Of a stretch of 64,000 nucleotides of DNA, positions 19,116 to 28,330 are shown in pieces. The stretch is from Bacteroidales bacterium. GTDB taxonomy: Bacteria > Bacteroidota > Bacteroidia > Bacteroidales > WCHB1-69. The position numbers and the translations under genes are program-made. The stretch's first letter is position 1; each line of letters begins with the position of its first letter. The notes under the pieces are model-generated. The model searched no databases. It had not been told where the DNA came from and saw nothing but the letters and a program-made list of their open reading frames with translations. The stretch is from NCBI GenBank assembly GCA_024685175.1, contig JAIKWD010000033.1, positions 48,123 to 112,122 on the forward strand. Reading direction: 5' to 3'.

Positions 19116-20120
19116 ATGACCAAACTGACAATCAACAAGATACAAGAAAAAATCGGGCATTTGGCCTTGGGTATGTTGGTCATCCTGACTGCCGGTTTTC
19201 TGGTCGGCTGCCAGGAGGAGATCGACGTGGACCTGCCCGAGTACGAGAACAAGCTGGTGGTGGAGGGCACCATCGAAACGGGGCAACCTGCTATGGTCAT
19301 CCTCTCCAAGAGCGTGTCGTATTATGAGCACGTGGACTTGGACTATCTGTTGAACAAGGTCTTCATACGCGATGCGGAAGTGTCCATCACCACAGAAGAC
19401 GGCCAATCCGAGCGACTCACGTTCCAATATTGCGCCGATTCGCCCGTCTATTTCGCCTATTGCGGCAACCAGATCCGTGGCAAGGAGAACACCAGCTACA
19501 CGCTCACCATCAAATACAACGACCAGACCTATACCGCCACCACGACCATTCCGCGCACCTTCGACCTGGACTCTATCTGGTTCTCCCATATGGCCGAGTT
19601 CTTGAATGCCGACACTATGCGTACGATGCGCATTTTGATGCACGACGACCCTTCTGAAGCCAACTTCTACGCCTTCAAGCTCAAAGTCTCCTGCCCCAAG
19701 TTCAAAGACCGCCTCTGGAACAGCACCGTGCCCTTGGCGTTTGACGACAAGACCTTCAACGGGCTGACCTTCAACTACGAGTTGGAGCGTTACAACGTAG
19801 CCTCGATGTTTATGTTCGACCTCACGGAAGAGGAGCGCCAAGCGCAGTCGCGACTCACCTTCCGGCCCGGCGATACCGTTTATGTCAAGCACAGCCAGAT
19901 GGACTACCATTCGTACCAATTTATGATTACGGGAGGGTTGGAGGCCACTTTGGGCACCAATCCGTTCTTGAACCCGGCGCCGGTCATCTCCAACATCCAG
20001 GGTGAAAACGTATTAGGTTGCTGGTGCGGACTTGCCTCGAAGATAGACACGGTCGTATGGCCCGACACTGTCGGATACCTCAATGGCACCTACGGCACCA
20101 AACGTCTCGTCAGGAGATAG
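19116..20120 (+). CDS. DUF4249-like lipoprotein, partner of the TonB receptor
   Basis: LVG-C lipobox, CQEEIDVDL..KLVVEG, C-terminal SNIQG..LG; immediately follows the receptor. Confidence 0.8.
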   Translation: MTKLTINKIQEKIGHLALGMLVILTAGFLVGCQEEIDVDLPEYENKLVVEGTIETGQPAMVILSKSVSYYEHVDLDYLLNKVFIRDAEVSITTEDGQSERLTFQYCADSPVYFAYCGNQIRGKENTSYTLTIKYNDQTYTATTTIPRTFDLDSIWFSHMAEFLNADTMRTMRILMHDDPSEANFYAFKLKVSCPKFKDRLWNSTVPLAFDDKTFNGLTFNYELERYNVASMFMFDLTEEERQAQSRLTFRPGDTVYVKHSQMDYHSYQFMITGGLEATLGTNPFLNPAPVISNIQGENVLGCWCGLASKIDTVVWPDTVGYLNGTYGTKRLVRR

Positions 20121-20123
20121 CGA

Positions 20124-20315
20124 TTAATCGTATTCCAGTTCTTCGTCCCAAATATCGTAGTCGAAATCATCCCAATAGATGCTGTTCTCCCACGACTCGT
20201 CGTCCGACCTTTCAATCAGATGATAGTCGGAGGCGTTGAACAGCCAGTTATCCATTGTTCTGCAGGAAGAGAACAACAGTGGGATTACGACCAACAAAGG
20301 CAAAATCTTTTTCAT
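20124..20315 (-). CDS. small acidic lipoprotein (63 aa)
   Basis: MKKILPLLVVIPLLFSS-C lipobox; -7 box TATCTTTG at 20346-20353 on minus. Confidence 0.65.
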   Translation of the reverse strand: MKKILPLLVVIPLLFSSCRTMDNWLFNASDYHLIERSDDESWENSIYWDDFDYDIWDEELEYD

Positions 20316-20380
20316 TTTTGATGGATTTTCCGCTTTTTCGAGCCGCAAAGATATAAAAAAAGCGGATAGCATTTCTTAAC

Positions 20381-20447
20381 TAGGAATTAGGAATGAGAAC
20401 TAATCACTAATGACTAACGACTAACGACTAACGACTAATGACTGGCG
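20381..20447. repeat. heptamer tracts TAGGAAT and ACTAA[C/T]G x7
   Basis: taggaattaggaatgaga actaatc actaatg actaacg actaacg actaacg actaatg actggcg. Confidence 0.88.
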
Positions 20448-20499
20448 TCTGACTACTTGCATCTGACCTCTTATCACCATTTTTGTATAATATTTTTTA

Positions 20500-20507
20500 T
20501 ATCTTTG
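20500..20507 (+). promoter_or_regulatory. -7 promoter box TATCTTTG of the aryl-polyene-like operon
   Basis: 40 nt upstream of the ATG at 20547. Confidence 0.65.
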
Positions 20508-20546
20508 CACGTTTTTTTGTTAAAATGTAGCAAAAATCACGCTTTT

Positions 20547-22058
20547 ATGCAACTGATTGATATAGAAAGAATTTTATTTGAAAACAAGCCCTTGGAGGTT
20601 TCGGCGGATGTCAAGAAACGGATGTTGGACAGCTTTAATTTCCTAAAAGCGTTCTCCAAGGACAAAGTCATATACGGCATCACCACCGGATTCGGCCCGA
20701 TGGCCCAATATCGTGTCAACGACGAGGACATCAAGTCTTTGCAATACAACATCATCCGCAGTCACTCATGTGGAGCGGGCGAGCCGTTTCCCGAGTTGTA
20801 CGTCAAGGCGGCGATGTTGGCCCGTTATTTCACCTTTGCCAACGGCAAGTCGGGCATCGACCCTTATGCGTTGGACTTGTTGCAAACCTTCATCAACAAG
20901 GGTATTTACCCAGTTATCCCGCAACATGGCAGTGTAGGCGCATCCGGCGACCTGGTGCAACTGGCCCATATGGCCTTGGCCCTGATCGGCGAGGGTGACG
21001 TATTCTACCAAGGGCAACATCGCAAGTGCGCCGAGGTGCTGGAAGAGTTGGGCATCACGCCGCTCAAGCCCACCCTTCGCGAGGGTCTTGCCCTCAACAA
21101 CGGCACCGCCATGATGACCGGCGTGGGCATCGTCAACCTGCACTATGCCTACAAGCTGCTCGACTACGCGCTGGTCGCCTCCGTGATCCTCAACGAGATC
21201 GCCGCCTCCTACGACGACTTCATGGCCAAGGAGCTCAACGACCTCAAAAACCACGAGGGGCAGTCGGCCGTGGCCCGCAAGATGCTTGAAGTGGCCAAGG
21301 GTTCCCAATGTATGCGCAAACGCGACGTGGAGATGTTCCATCACCACGAGGAGAAAGTCTTCACCCACAAGGTGCAGCCCTACTACTCGCTGCGCTGCGT
21401 GCCGCAGATACTCGGCCCCATCTACGAGGCCTACAAGTTCACCGAGAAGATTCTCATCGAAGAGTTCAACGCCGTGGACGACAACCCAGTTGTGGATATG
21501 GACACCCAGACCGTCTATCACGGCGGCAACTTCCACGGCGACTATGTGTCGTTCGAGATGGACAAGCTCAAGATCGCTACCGCGAAACTCTCCGTCTTGA
21601 TGGAGCGTCAACTCAACTACCTGTGTCACGACCGCATCAACGGCATCCTGCCACCGTTCTTGAACCTCGGCACGCTCGGTCTCACCTATGGCATCCAGGC
21701 AATGCAGTTCACGGCCTGCTCCACCACCGCCGAGAACCAGGCTCTGTCCACCTCGATGTATGTGCACAGCATCCCGAACAACAACGACAACCAAGACGTG
21801 GTCAGTATGGGCACCAACTCCGCCATCCTGTGCAAACGTGTTATCGACAACAGCTATCAGGTGATGGCCATCCATTACATCGCCTTGGCGCAAGCCATCG
21901 ACTGTCTCAAGATCGCTGACAAACTCGCGCCTTTCACTCAACAGATCTACAACGAGATTCGCCAAATCGTGCCTGTCTACATCGAAGATTCCCCGAAGGA
22001 TGCCGACATCGAGAATGTAATCCATTATTTAAGAGACAAAAACATCAATCTTTTCTAA
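20547..22058 (+). CDS. aromatic amino acid ammonia-lyase (HAL/PAL/TAL family)
   Basis: IYGITTGFG, MIO-forming GSVGASGDL, EGLALNNGT, YSLRCVPQ, GGNFHG, NQDVVSMG. Confidence 0.93.
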   Translation: MQLIDIERILFENKPLEVSADVKKRMLDSFNFLKAFSKDKVIYGITTGFGPMAQYRVNDEDIKSLQYNIIRSHSCGAGEPFPELYVKAAMLARYFTFANGKSGIDPYALDLLQTFINKGIYPVIPQHGSVGASGDLVQLAHMALALIGEGDVFYQGQHRKCAEVLEELGITPLKPTLREGLALNNGTAMMTGVGIVNLHYAYKLLDYALVASVILNEIAASYDDFMAKELNDLKNHEGQSAVARKMLEVAKGSQCMRKRDVEMFHHHEEKVFTHKVQPYYSLRCVPQILGPIYEAYKFTEKILIEEFNAVDDNPVVDMDTQTVYHGGNFHGDYVSFEMDKLKIATAKLSVLMERQLNYLCHDRINGILPPFLNLGTLGLTYGIQAMQFTACSTTAENQALSTSMYVHSIPNNNDNQDVVSMGTNSAILCKRVIDNSYQVMAIHYIALAQAIDCLKIADKLAPFTQQIYNEIRQIVPVYIEDSPKDADIENVIHYLRDKNINLF

Positions 22059-22059
22059 G

Positions 22060-22788
22060 ATGAAATATGCATTAGTAACCGGCGGTTCGAGGGGCATAGG
22101 CCGCGCCATCTGCGTCAAGTTGGCGGAGATGGGATACACCGTGCTCATCAATTACCAGTCCAACATTGCAGCCGCCCAGGAGACCCAGCAACTGATCGCC
22201 GACAAGGGCGGTGCTTCAGAGCTTCTTCCCTTCGACGTGTCTCAACCCGAAGCCATCGAGAAGGCGCTGGACACGTGGACCGAGGCCCATCCCGACGACT
22301 ACATCGACGTGTTGGTAAACAACGCCGGCATCCGCCGCGACACGCTGATGATCTTTATGCAGAACGAAGACTGGGACGGCGTGGTGGACACCACCCTCAA
22401 CGGATTCTTCTACACGACCCGTCGTCTGCTGAAGGGTATGTTGGGCCATCGTCACGGCCGCATCGTCAATATGGTCTCCCTCTCGGGCATCAAAGGACTG
22501 CCCGGACAGGTCAACTACTCCGCCGCCAAGGCCGCCGTCATCGGCGCCACCAAAGCCCTGGCGCAGGAGGTGGCTTCCCGCAAGATCACGGTCAATGCCG
22601 TGGCCCCGGGCTTCATCGCCACCGACATGACCAAGGAACTCAACGAAGCCGAACTCAAGAAGATGATCCCCACTGGACGCTTCGGCCTACCCGAAGAGGT
22701 GGCCGACCTCGTGGGCTTCCTCGCCTCCGACCAGGCCTCATACATCACCGGCGAAGTGATTTCGATAAACGGAGGCCTTTATACTTGA
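22060..22788 (+). CDS. fabG: 3-oxoacyl-ACP reductase
   Basis: TGGSRGIG, NNAG, YSAAK, VAPGFIATDM. Confidence 0.9.
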   Translation: MKYALVTGGSRGIGRAICVKLAEMGYTVLINYQSNIAAAQETQQLIADKGGASELLPFDVSQPEAIEKALDTWTEAHPDDYIDVLVNNAGIRRDTLMIFMQNEDWDGVVDTTLNGFFYTTRRLLKGMLGHRHGRIVNMVSLSGIKGLPGQVNYSAAKAAVIGATKALAQEVASRKITVNAVAPGFIATDMTKELNEAELKKMIPTGRFGLPEEVADLVGFLASDQASYITGEVISINGGLYT

Positions 22789-22868
22789 TAGATGATAGAT
22801 TAGAGATGATTGATGATTATAGATGATTGTAAATTAAAATAATTCCTCATTCCTATATTCCTAATTAA
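22787..22868. repeat. bipartite tract (ATAGAT[G/T])n ... (ATTCCT[C/A])n
   Basis: gatagatgatagattagagatgattgatgattatagatgattg...aattcctcattcctatattcctaattaa-ATG. Confidence 0.8.
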
Positions 22869-24089
22869 ATGAAGCGTGTTGTAATCACCGGTATGGGCAT
22901 TTACTCCTGCTTGGGCAAGAACCTAGAAGAGGTCACCAAGTCCTTGTATGCAGGCAAGTCCGGCATCGGTATCGACCCAATGAGATTGGAATACGGTTAT
23001 CGTTCGCCGCTGACCGGCATCGTGGAGCGTCCCGCCCTGAAAGGGCTGTTGGACCGTCGCTCGCGCGTGTGTCTGGCCGAGGAGGGCGAATACGCCTATA
23101 TGGCCACTGCCGAAGCCATACGCAATGCAGGCATCGACCTAGACTATCTGGAGAAGAACGAGGTCGGCATATTCTATGGCAACGACTCGTCCGCCAAGGC
23201 GGTCATTGAGGCCCACACCACGGCGATGCAGTACAAGGACACGCAGATGATGGGGTCCGGTGCCATTTTCCAGTCAATGAACTCGACGGTCACGATGAAC
23301 CTCTCGACCATTTTCAAGTTGCGGGGCGTGAATATGACTATCAGTGCAGCTTGTGCCAGCGGCTCGCACGCCATCGGACTGGGTCTGATGTTCATCCGCA
23401 ACGGCCTGCAGGATATGGTCATCTGCGGTGGCGCCCAGGAGACCAGTTATCTCTCGATGGGTAGTTTCGACGGCATCGGGGCCTTCTCGGTGCGCGTGGA
23501 CGACCCAACCAAGGCGTCGCGTCCGTTCGACCGCGACCGCGACGGCTTAGTGCCCGGCGGCGGAGCGGCCACCGTCATCCTCGAAGAGTACGAGCACGCC
23601 GTCAAGAGAGGCGCCCCCATCCTCGCAGAGGTGGCCGGCTACGGCTTCTCCTCCAACGGCGCCAACATATCCCAACCCAGCGACCACGGCTCCGCCATCG
23701 CGATGGAACGCGCCCTGGCCGACGCTGGCGTACAGGCCAAAGACATCGACTACATCAACGCCCACGCCACCTCCACCCTCCAAGGCGACGCCTTCGAGGC
23801 AATGGCCCTCGACCATCTCTTCACCCCCTACCACACCCCCATCAGCTCCACCAAGTCGATGACCGGTCACGAGTGCTGGATGGCCGGCGCCAGCGAGATC
23901 GTCTACTCCAACCTGATGATGCAGAACTCCTTCATCGCCCCCAACCTCAACTTCGAAAACCCCGACGAATACTCCAAAAACCTGAATATCGTAAACAAAA
24001 CCCAAGAAAAGAACATCGACATCTACCTCTCCAATTCCTTCGGGTTCGGCGGCACCAACAGTGCCTTGGTAATCAAAAAAATAAAATAA
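22869..24089 (+). CDS. beta-ketoacyl-ACP synthase (FabB/F-like, aryl-polyene cluster type)
   Basis: RVVITGMG, catalytic ACASG, AHATST, GHECW, NSFGFGGTN. Confidence 0.92.
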   Translation: MKRVVITGMGIYSCLGKNLEEVTKSLYAGKSGIGIDPMRLEYGYRSPLTGIVERPALKGLLDRRSRVCLAEEGEYAYMATAEAIRNAGIDLDYLEKNEVGIFYGNDSSAKAVIEAHTTAMQYKDTQMMGSGAIFQSMNSTVTMNLSTIFKLRGVNMTISAACASGSHAIGLGLMFIRNGLQDMVICGGAQETSYLSMGSFDGIGAFSVRVDDPTKASRPFDRDRDGLVPGGGAATVILEEYEHAVKRGAPILAEVAGYGFSSNGANISQPSDHGSAIAMERALADAGVQAKDIDYINAHATSTLQGDAFEAMALDHLFTPYHTPISSTKSMTGHECWMAGASEIVYSNLMMQNSFIAPNLNFENPDEYSKNLNIVNKTQEKNIDIYLSNSFGFGGTNSALVIKKIK

Positions 24090-24106
24090 ATCGTAACAAT
24101 ATCAAT

Positions 24107-24349
24107 ATGCAAAGAGAAGAAGTAATCAAAATCGTCAACAATTTCCTCGTTGAAGAAATCGAAATTGAAGAAGATTTGTTGAAAGAAGATGCCCTGCTCA
24201 AGGAAGGTCTCCACATCGACAGTCTCGACTTTGTCGACATCGTGGTCATCGTAGAGAAGAACTTCGGCTTCAAGATCAAGCCCGAAGAGATGAAAGACGT
24301 GAAGACGCTAGGACAGTTTTACGACTACATCGCAGAGAAAGTAAAATAG
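24107..24349 (+). CDS. acyl carrier protein (80 aa)
   Basis: acidic; LHIDSLDFVDI phosphopantetheine site; start re-called at ATG 24107. Confidence 0.92.
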   Translation: MQREEVIKIVNNFLVEEIEIEEDLLKEDALLKEGLHIDSLDFVDIVVIVEKNFGFKIKPEEMKDVKTLGQFYDYIAEKVK

Positions 24350-24354
24350 TCGTT

Positions 24355-25263
24355 ATGGCCGAGGTCAAACAATGGCGAGGTAAGACCAGCGGCGGCAAGT
24401 TCGGACAGAAGTTCCTGCTCACCACCCTGAAATATGTGCGGGTGACGGCATTCTACCCGTGGCTGTTGCTCATCATACCCTTTTGCCTGTTGTTCGCCCG
24501 CAAGCCCAACCGCGCACTCTACCGATATTTCCACGACATCCGTGGTTACAACAGGTGGAAGGCCTTCCGGTCTACCGCCCGCAACGCCCATACCTTCGGC
24601 AAAGTGGTCATCGACAAGTTCGCCATCTGGGCCGGGCGCAGCGACCAGTTCACCATCGACCTGCACGGGGGCGAGGTCATCGAGGAGGCCGTGTCCTCTA
24701 ACAAAGGCATCATCATCGCCGGCTCGCACATCGGCAACTTCGAGTTGCTCGGCGCCTGCCTGAAACAGGACAAGAAGCCCATCAACGCCATCGTCTTCGG
24801 CGGTGAGAGCAGAATGCTCCAACAAAGCCGCTCCGATGTCTTCGGCCAAAAGAACATCAAACTCATCCCCGTCGCCGACGACATGTCGCACCTCTTCGCC
24901 ATCAAGAACGCCCTTGACACCGGTGAGATTGTCACCATCTTGTGCGACCGTATCTTCGGCAGCCCTAAAAAGCAGACTATCAAATTCATAGGCCACGATG
25001 CCGACTTCCCCGCCGGACCATTCCGCCTTGCCGCACTAATGGACATCCCCGTCTTTTCCGCCTTCGTGATGAAAGAGAAAGGCCGACACTACGCCTGCGA
25101 CATCGTGCCTATACATAGCACAGGCGAGAGCGAGAAGGATCGTATGACCAGTCTGGTCGTCAACTACGCGAAATCCATCGAAGACAAGTTGAAACAATAT
25201 CCCGAACAATGGTTCAACTTGTACGATTTCTGGAATCTGGAAACTTCAAAAGAAAATCAATAA
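24355..25263 (+). CDS. LpxL/LPLAT-family acyltransferase
   Basis: SHIGNFE, ILCDR, FPAGPFRLA, YPEQWFNLYDFW. Confidence 0.88.
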   Translation: MAEVKQWRGKTSGGKFGQKFLLTTLKYVRVTAFYPWLLLIIPFCLLFARKPNRALYRYFHDIRGYNRWKAFRSTARNAHTFGKVVIDKFAIWAGRSDQFTIDLHGGEVIEEAVSSNKGIIIAGSHIGNFELLGACLKQDKKPINAIVFGGESRMLQQSRSDVFGQKNIKLIPVADDMSHLFAIKNALDTGEIVTILCDRIFGSPKKQTIKFIGHDADFPAGPFRLAALMDIPVFSAFVMKEKGRHYACDIVPIHSTGESEKDRMTSLVVNYAKSIEDKLKQYPEQWFNLYDFWNLETSKENQ

Positions 25264-25276
25264 AAATCCGAATACA

Positions 25277-26362
25277 ATGAAATTAGAATCCCCCCAAAAG
25301 GAAATGTACGCCAAAGAGCGTTTCTCAGCCCTACAGGCCCAACGCCTCGCCCAGGAAATCGTCTTCGGCCCCATCGTGTTCCAAGTTTCCCGCCTGATGG
25401 TCAAGTTCGGCATCTTCCAGATGTTGGACGACCACAAGGAAGGCCTCACAATGGAAGAGGTAGCCGACAAGGCCGGCCTGTCCCTCTACGGAGCTAAGGT
25501 CCTGCTGGAGTCATCCCTCACCATCGGCACCATCCTGATGCGCGACGACAAGTTCTTCCTCGCCAAGGCGGGTTGGTTCCTGCTCAACGACCAGATGGCC
25601 CGGGTCAATATGGATTTCAACCACGACGTTAACTACTTGGGGTGGTTCAATTTGGAGGAGGCGATCCTCAACGGCAAGCCCGAAGGACTGAAGGTGTTCG
25701 GTTCCTGGCCGACCGTATACGAAGGTCTCTCACAACTGCCCCCGCAGGTGCAGAAGAGTTGGTTCGGTTTCGACCATTTCTACTCCGACAACTCGTTCCA
25801 AGAGGCGTTGGAGATTGTCTTCAAGGAACATCCGAAGACTTTGTTGGACGTAGGCGGCAACACGGGGCGCTGGGCCACGCAATGCGTGAAGCACGACGCC
25901 GATGTGAATGTGACCATTATGGACCTGCCCCAACAACTGGAGATGATGCGCGAGCAGACCAAGGGATTGGAAGGTGCCGACCGCATCCACGGCCACGGCT
26001 GCAACCTTTTGGACCGCACCGTACCCTTCCCGAAGGGCTTCGATGCCATCTGGATGAGCCAATTCCTGGACTGCTTCTCCGAAGAGGAAGTCACCAGCAT
26101 CCTCAGCCGCGCCGCCAAGTCGATGGACAAAAACAGCAAGTTGTACATTATGGAGACCTTCTGGGACAGACAGCGTTTCGAGACCGCATCCTACTGCCTG
26201 GCGCAGATCAGCTTGTACTTCACGGCCATCGCCAACGGCAACAGCAAGATGTACTACTCAGGGGATATGGCCAGCTGCGTAGAGGCCGCCGGACTCAAAA
26301 TCGACGTTATGCACGACGGACTCGGCCTTGGACACACCATAATGCAATGTAGCTTGAAATAA
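25277..26362 (+). CDS. SAM-dependent methyltransferase
   Basis: LLDVGGNTG, MDLP, WMSQFLDCF. Confidence 0.9.
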   Translation: MKLESPQKEMYAKERFSALQAQRLAQEIVFGPIVFQVSRLMVKFGIFQMLDDHKEGLTMEEVADKAGLSLYGAKVLLESSLTIGTILMRDDKFFLAKAGWFLLNDQMARVNMDFNHDVNYLGWFNLEEAILNGKPEGLKVFGSWPTVYEGLSQLPPQVQKSWFGFDHFYSDNSFQEALEIVFKEHPKTLLDVGGNTGRWATQCVKHDADVNVTIMDLPQQLEMMREQTKGLEGADRIHGHGCNLLDRTVPFPKGFDAIWMSQFLDCFSEEEVTSILSRAAKSMDKNSKLYIMETFWDRQRFETASYCLAQISLYFTAIANGNSKMYYSGDMASCVEAAGLKIDVMHDGLGLGHTIMQCSLK

Positions 26363-26367
26363 AGACG

Positions 26368-26796
26368 ATGGAACCCACACCCGCCCTGCCCTTCATCCCG
26401 CAACGCCCGCCTTTCTTACTGGTGGACAATATCTTGCAATGCAACGAGACAATTGTCGTCACGGACTTCCGCATCCCCGAAGGACACATCCTGGTAGAAG
26501 ACGGTCATCTTGGCGAAGCCGGACTTATGGAGAACATCGCCCAGACCTGCGCTAGCCGCATCGGGTGGCTCAACCAGAACAGACCCGTGCGCATCGGTGT
26601 CATCGGCTCTATCAACAACTTCGAGCCCATCGAATTGCCCAAGGTCGGCGAGACGCTGCGCACCACGGTGGCCCTGCAGGCCGAAGTGTTCGACGCCATC
26701 ATCGTGCACGCCGAAATCCAATGCCAAGCCAAAACTATCGCCCAATGCGATATGAAAGTGTTTGTATTGGACGCCACCGCCCAAAATCCCGAATAG
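26368..26796 (+). CDS. hotdog-fold 3-hydroxyacyl-ACP dehydratase-like protein
   Basis: IPQRPPFLLVD, GLMENIAQTCA. Confidence 0.82.
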   Translation: MEPTPALPFIPQRPPFLLVDNILQCNETIVVTDFRIPEGHILVEDGHLGEAGLMENIAQTCASRIGWLNQNRPVRIGVIGSINNFEPIELPKVGETLRTTVALQAEVFDAIIVHAEIQCQAKTIAQCDMKVFVLDATAQNPE

Positions 26797-26798
26797 TT

Positions 26799-27227
26799 AT
26801 GAGTCAAAAAATCCTAAAAGTAGAAAAAACGGTAGACATCCGCTTCAGCGAGGTGGACTCGATGGGCATCGTATGGCACGGCAACTACGCCCTCTATTTC
26901 GAGGATGCCCGCGAATTGTTTGGCAAGACATTCCACCTCGAATATCTTCGCATGTACGAGAATGGTTTTTACGCGCCGCTCGTCGAGATAAAATTCAACT
27001 TCAAAAAGGTGGTCAAGTACACCGATAAAATCATCGTAAGCTGTGCTTTTCGCGACACAGATGCCGCCAAAATCATCTTCGACTACGAAATCCGCAACGC
27101 CGAGACCGACGATGTCATGGTGACAGGACATTCCGTCCAGGTATTTCTTGATCGGGAATACAATCTAGCTTGGCAAGTGCCTGATTTTATGATAGAATGG
27201 AAGAAGAAGAATGGACTCATTTTATAA
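26799..27227 (+). CDS. acyl-CoA thioesterase (4HBT/YbgC family)
   Basis: IRFSEVDSMGIVWHGNYALYFEDAR; start re-called at ATG 26799. Confidence 0.88.
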   Translation: MSQKILKVEKTVDIRFSEVDSMGIVWHGNYALYFEDARELFGKTFHLEYLRMYENGFYAPLVEIKFNFKKVVKYTDKIIVSCAFRDTDAAKIIFDYEIRNAETDDVMVTGHSVQVFLDREYNLAWQVPDFMIEWKKKNGLIL

Positions 27228-27260
27228 CTTCCATGGCCGCACATAGTTTACTTTTTTTCG

Positions 27261-27268
27261 TATCTTTG
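27261..27268 (+). promoter_or_regulatory. -7 promoter box TATCTTTG
   Basis: marks a new transcription unit after the thioesterase. Confidence 0.65.
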
Positions 27269-27307
27269 CACGCTTTTTTAACAAGGACATTTTAACTTAA
27301 AAACACA

Positions 27308-28267
27308 ATGAAAAAGATTTTAGTTATTGGTGCTTGTGGACAAATCGGGTCCGAACTCACACCTGCTTTACGTAAACGATACGGCACCGACAACGTCGTC
27401 GCCGCTGACATGATTTATCCCTTGAAGGGCGACTTGGCCGATGCCGGTCCTTCCTGCAAGATCGACGCCACCAAAGCGCAAGACATTGCGGACGCCGTCA
27501 AGAAATATAACATCGACGCCATCTATAACTTGGCAGCCATCCTTTCCGCCAAGGCGGAGGCCAATCCTATGTTGGGTTGGAACGTGGGTGTAGGCGCCCT
27601 CATCAACTGTCTCGAAGTGGCCCGCGAGATGGGCTGTGCCGTGTTCACGCCGAGTTCCATCGGCGCCTTCGGCCCGGACACCCCGCACGATATGACACCC
27701 CAGGACACCATCCAACGCCCCAAGACGATCTACGGCGTGACCAAGGTCACGGGCGAGTTGCTCAGCGACTACTATTTCAAGCGTTTCGGCGTGGACACCC
27801 GCTCGGTGCGCTTCCCCGGCCTCATCTCCAACGTGACACTCCCTGGCGGCGGCACCACCGACTACGCCGTGGAGATCTACTACGCAGCCGTCAAGGGCGA
27901 AAAGTTCGTATGTCCCATCGCCAAGGGCACCTTTATGGATATGATGTATATGCCTGACGCCCTCAAGGCCGCTATGGACCTGATGGAAGCAGACCCGACC
28001 AAACTCGTGCACCGCAACAGCTTCAACATCACGGCGATGAGCTTCGAGCCGGAGATGATCTACAACGAGATCAAGAAGCACGTGCCCGACTTCCAGATGG
28101 AGTACCAATACGACGAGTTGCGCCAAACCATCGCCGACTCCTGGCCCAACCAGATGGACGACCACTGCGCCCGCGAGGAATGGGGCTTCAAACCCGTGTA
28201 CGACTTGGCCTCTATGACCGAGGATATGCTTAAGGTGCTGGGAGAGAGATACAGGAGTGAGAGATAA
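27308..28267 (+). CDS. extended-SDR L-threonine 3-dehydrogenase-like protein
   Basis: GACGQIG, PSSIGAFG, YGVTK, PGGGTTDYAV, MMYMPDA. Confidence 0.85.
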   Translation: MKKILVIGACGQIGSELTPALRKRYGTDNVVAADMIYPLKGDLADAGPSCKIDATKAQDIADAVKKYNIDAIYNLAAILSAKAEANPMLGWNVGVGALINCLEVAREMGCAVFTPSSIGAFGPDTPHDMTPQDTIQRPKTIYGVTKVTGELLSDYYFKRFGVDTRSVRFPGLISNVTLPGGGTTDYAVEIYYAAVKGEKFVCPIAKGTFMDMMYMPDALKAAMDLMEADPTKLVHRNSFNITAMSFEPEMIYNEIKKHVPDFQMEYQYDELRQTIADSWPNQMDDHCAREEWGFKPVYDLASMTEDMLKVLGERYRSER

Positions 28268-28330
28268 TAGACTTGAGATTATTGATAATTGATAAAGCGT
28301 TCGGTATTAGAATATTAAAATAAACCCAAT

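Noticed and set aside
20547-22058. hutH of a histidine utilisation operon
   Set aside because: No hutU/I/G nearby; the context is FabG-KS-ACP biosynthetic genes, so no gene symbol was assigned.
23873-24106. Long N-terminal extensions in the ORF track (ACP from 23873; also 3370, 19086, 20457, 26565, 39692, 45087, 45769)
   Set aside because: They overlap upstream genes or promoter boxes; downstream ATGs give canonical N-termini.
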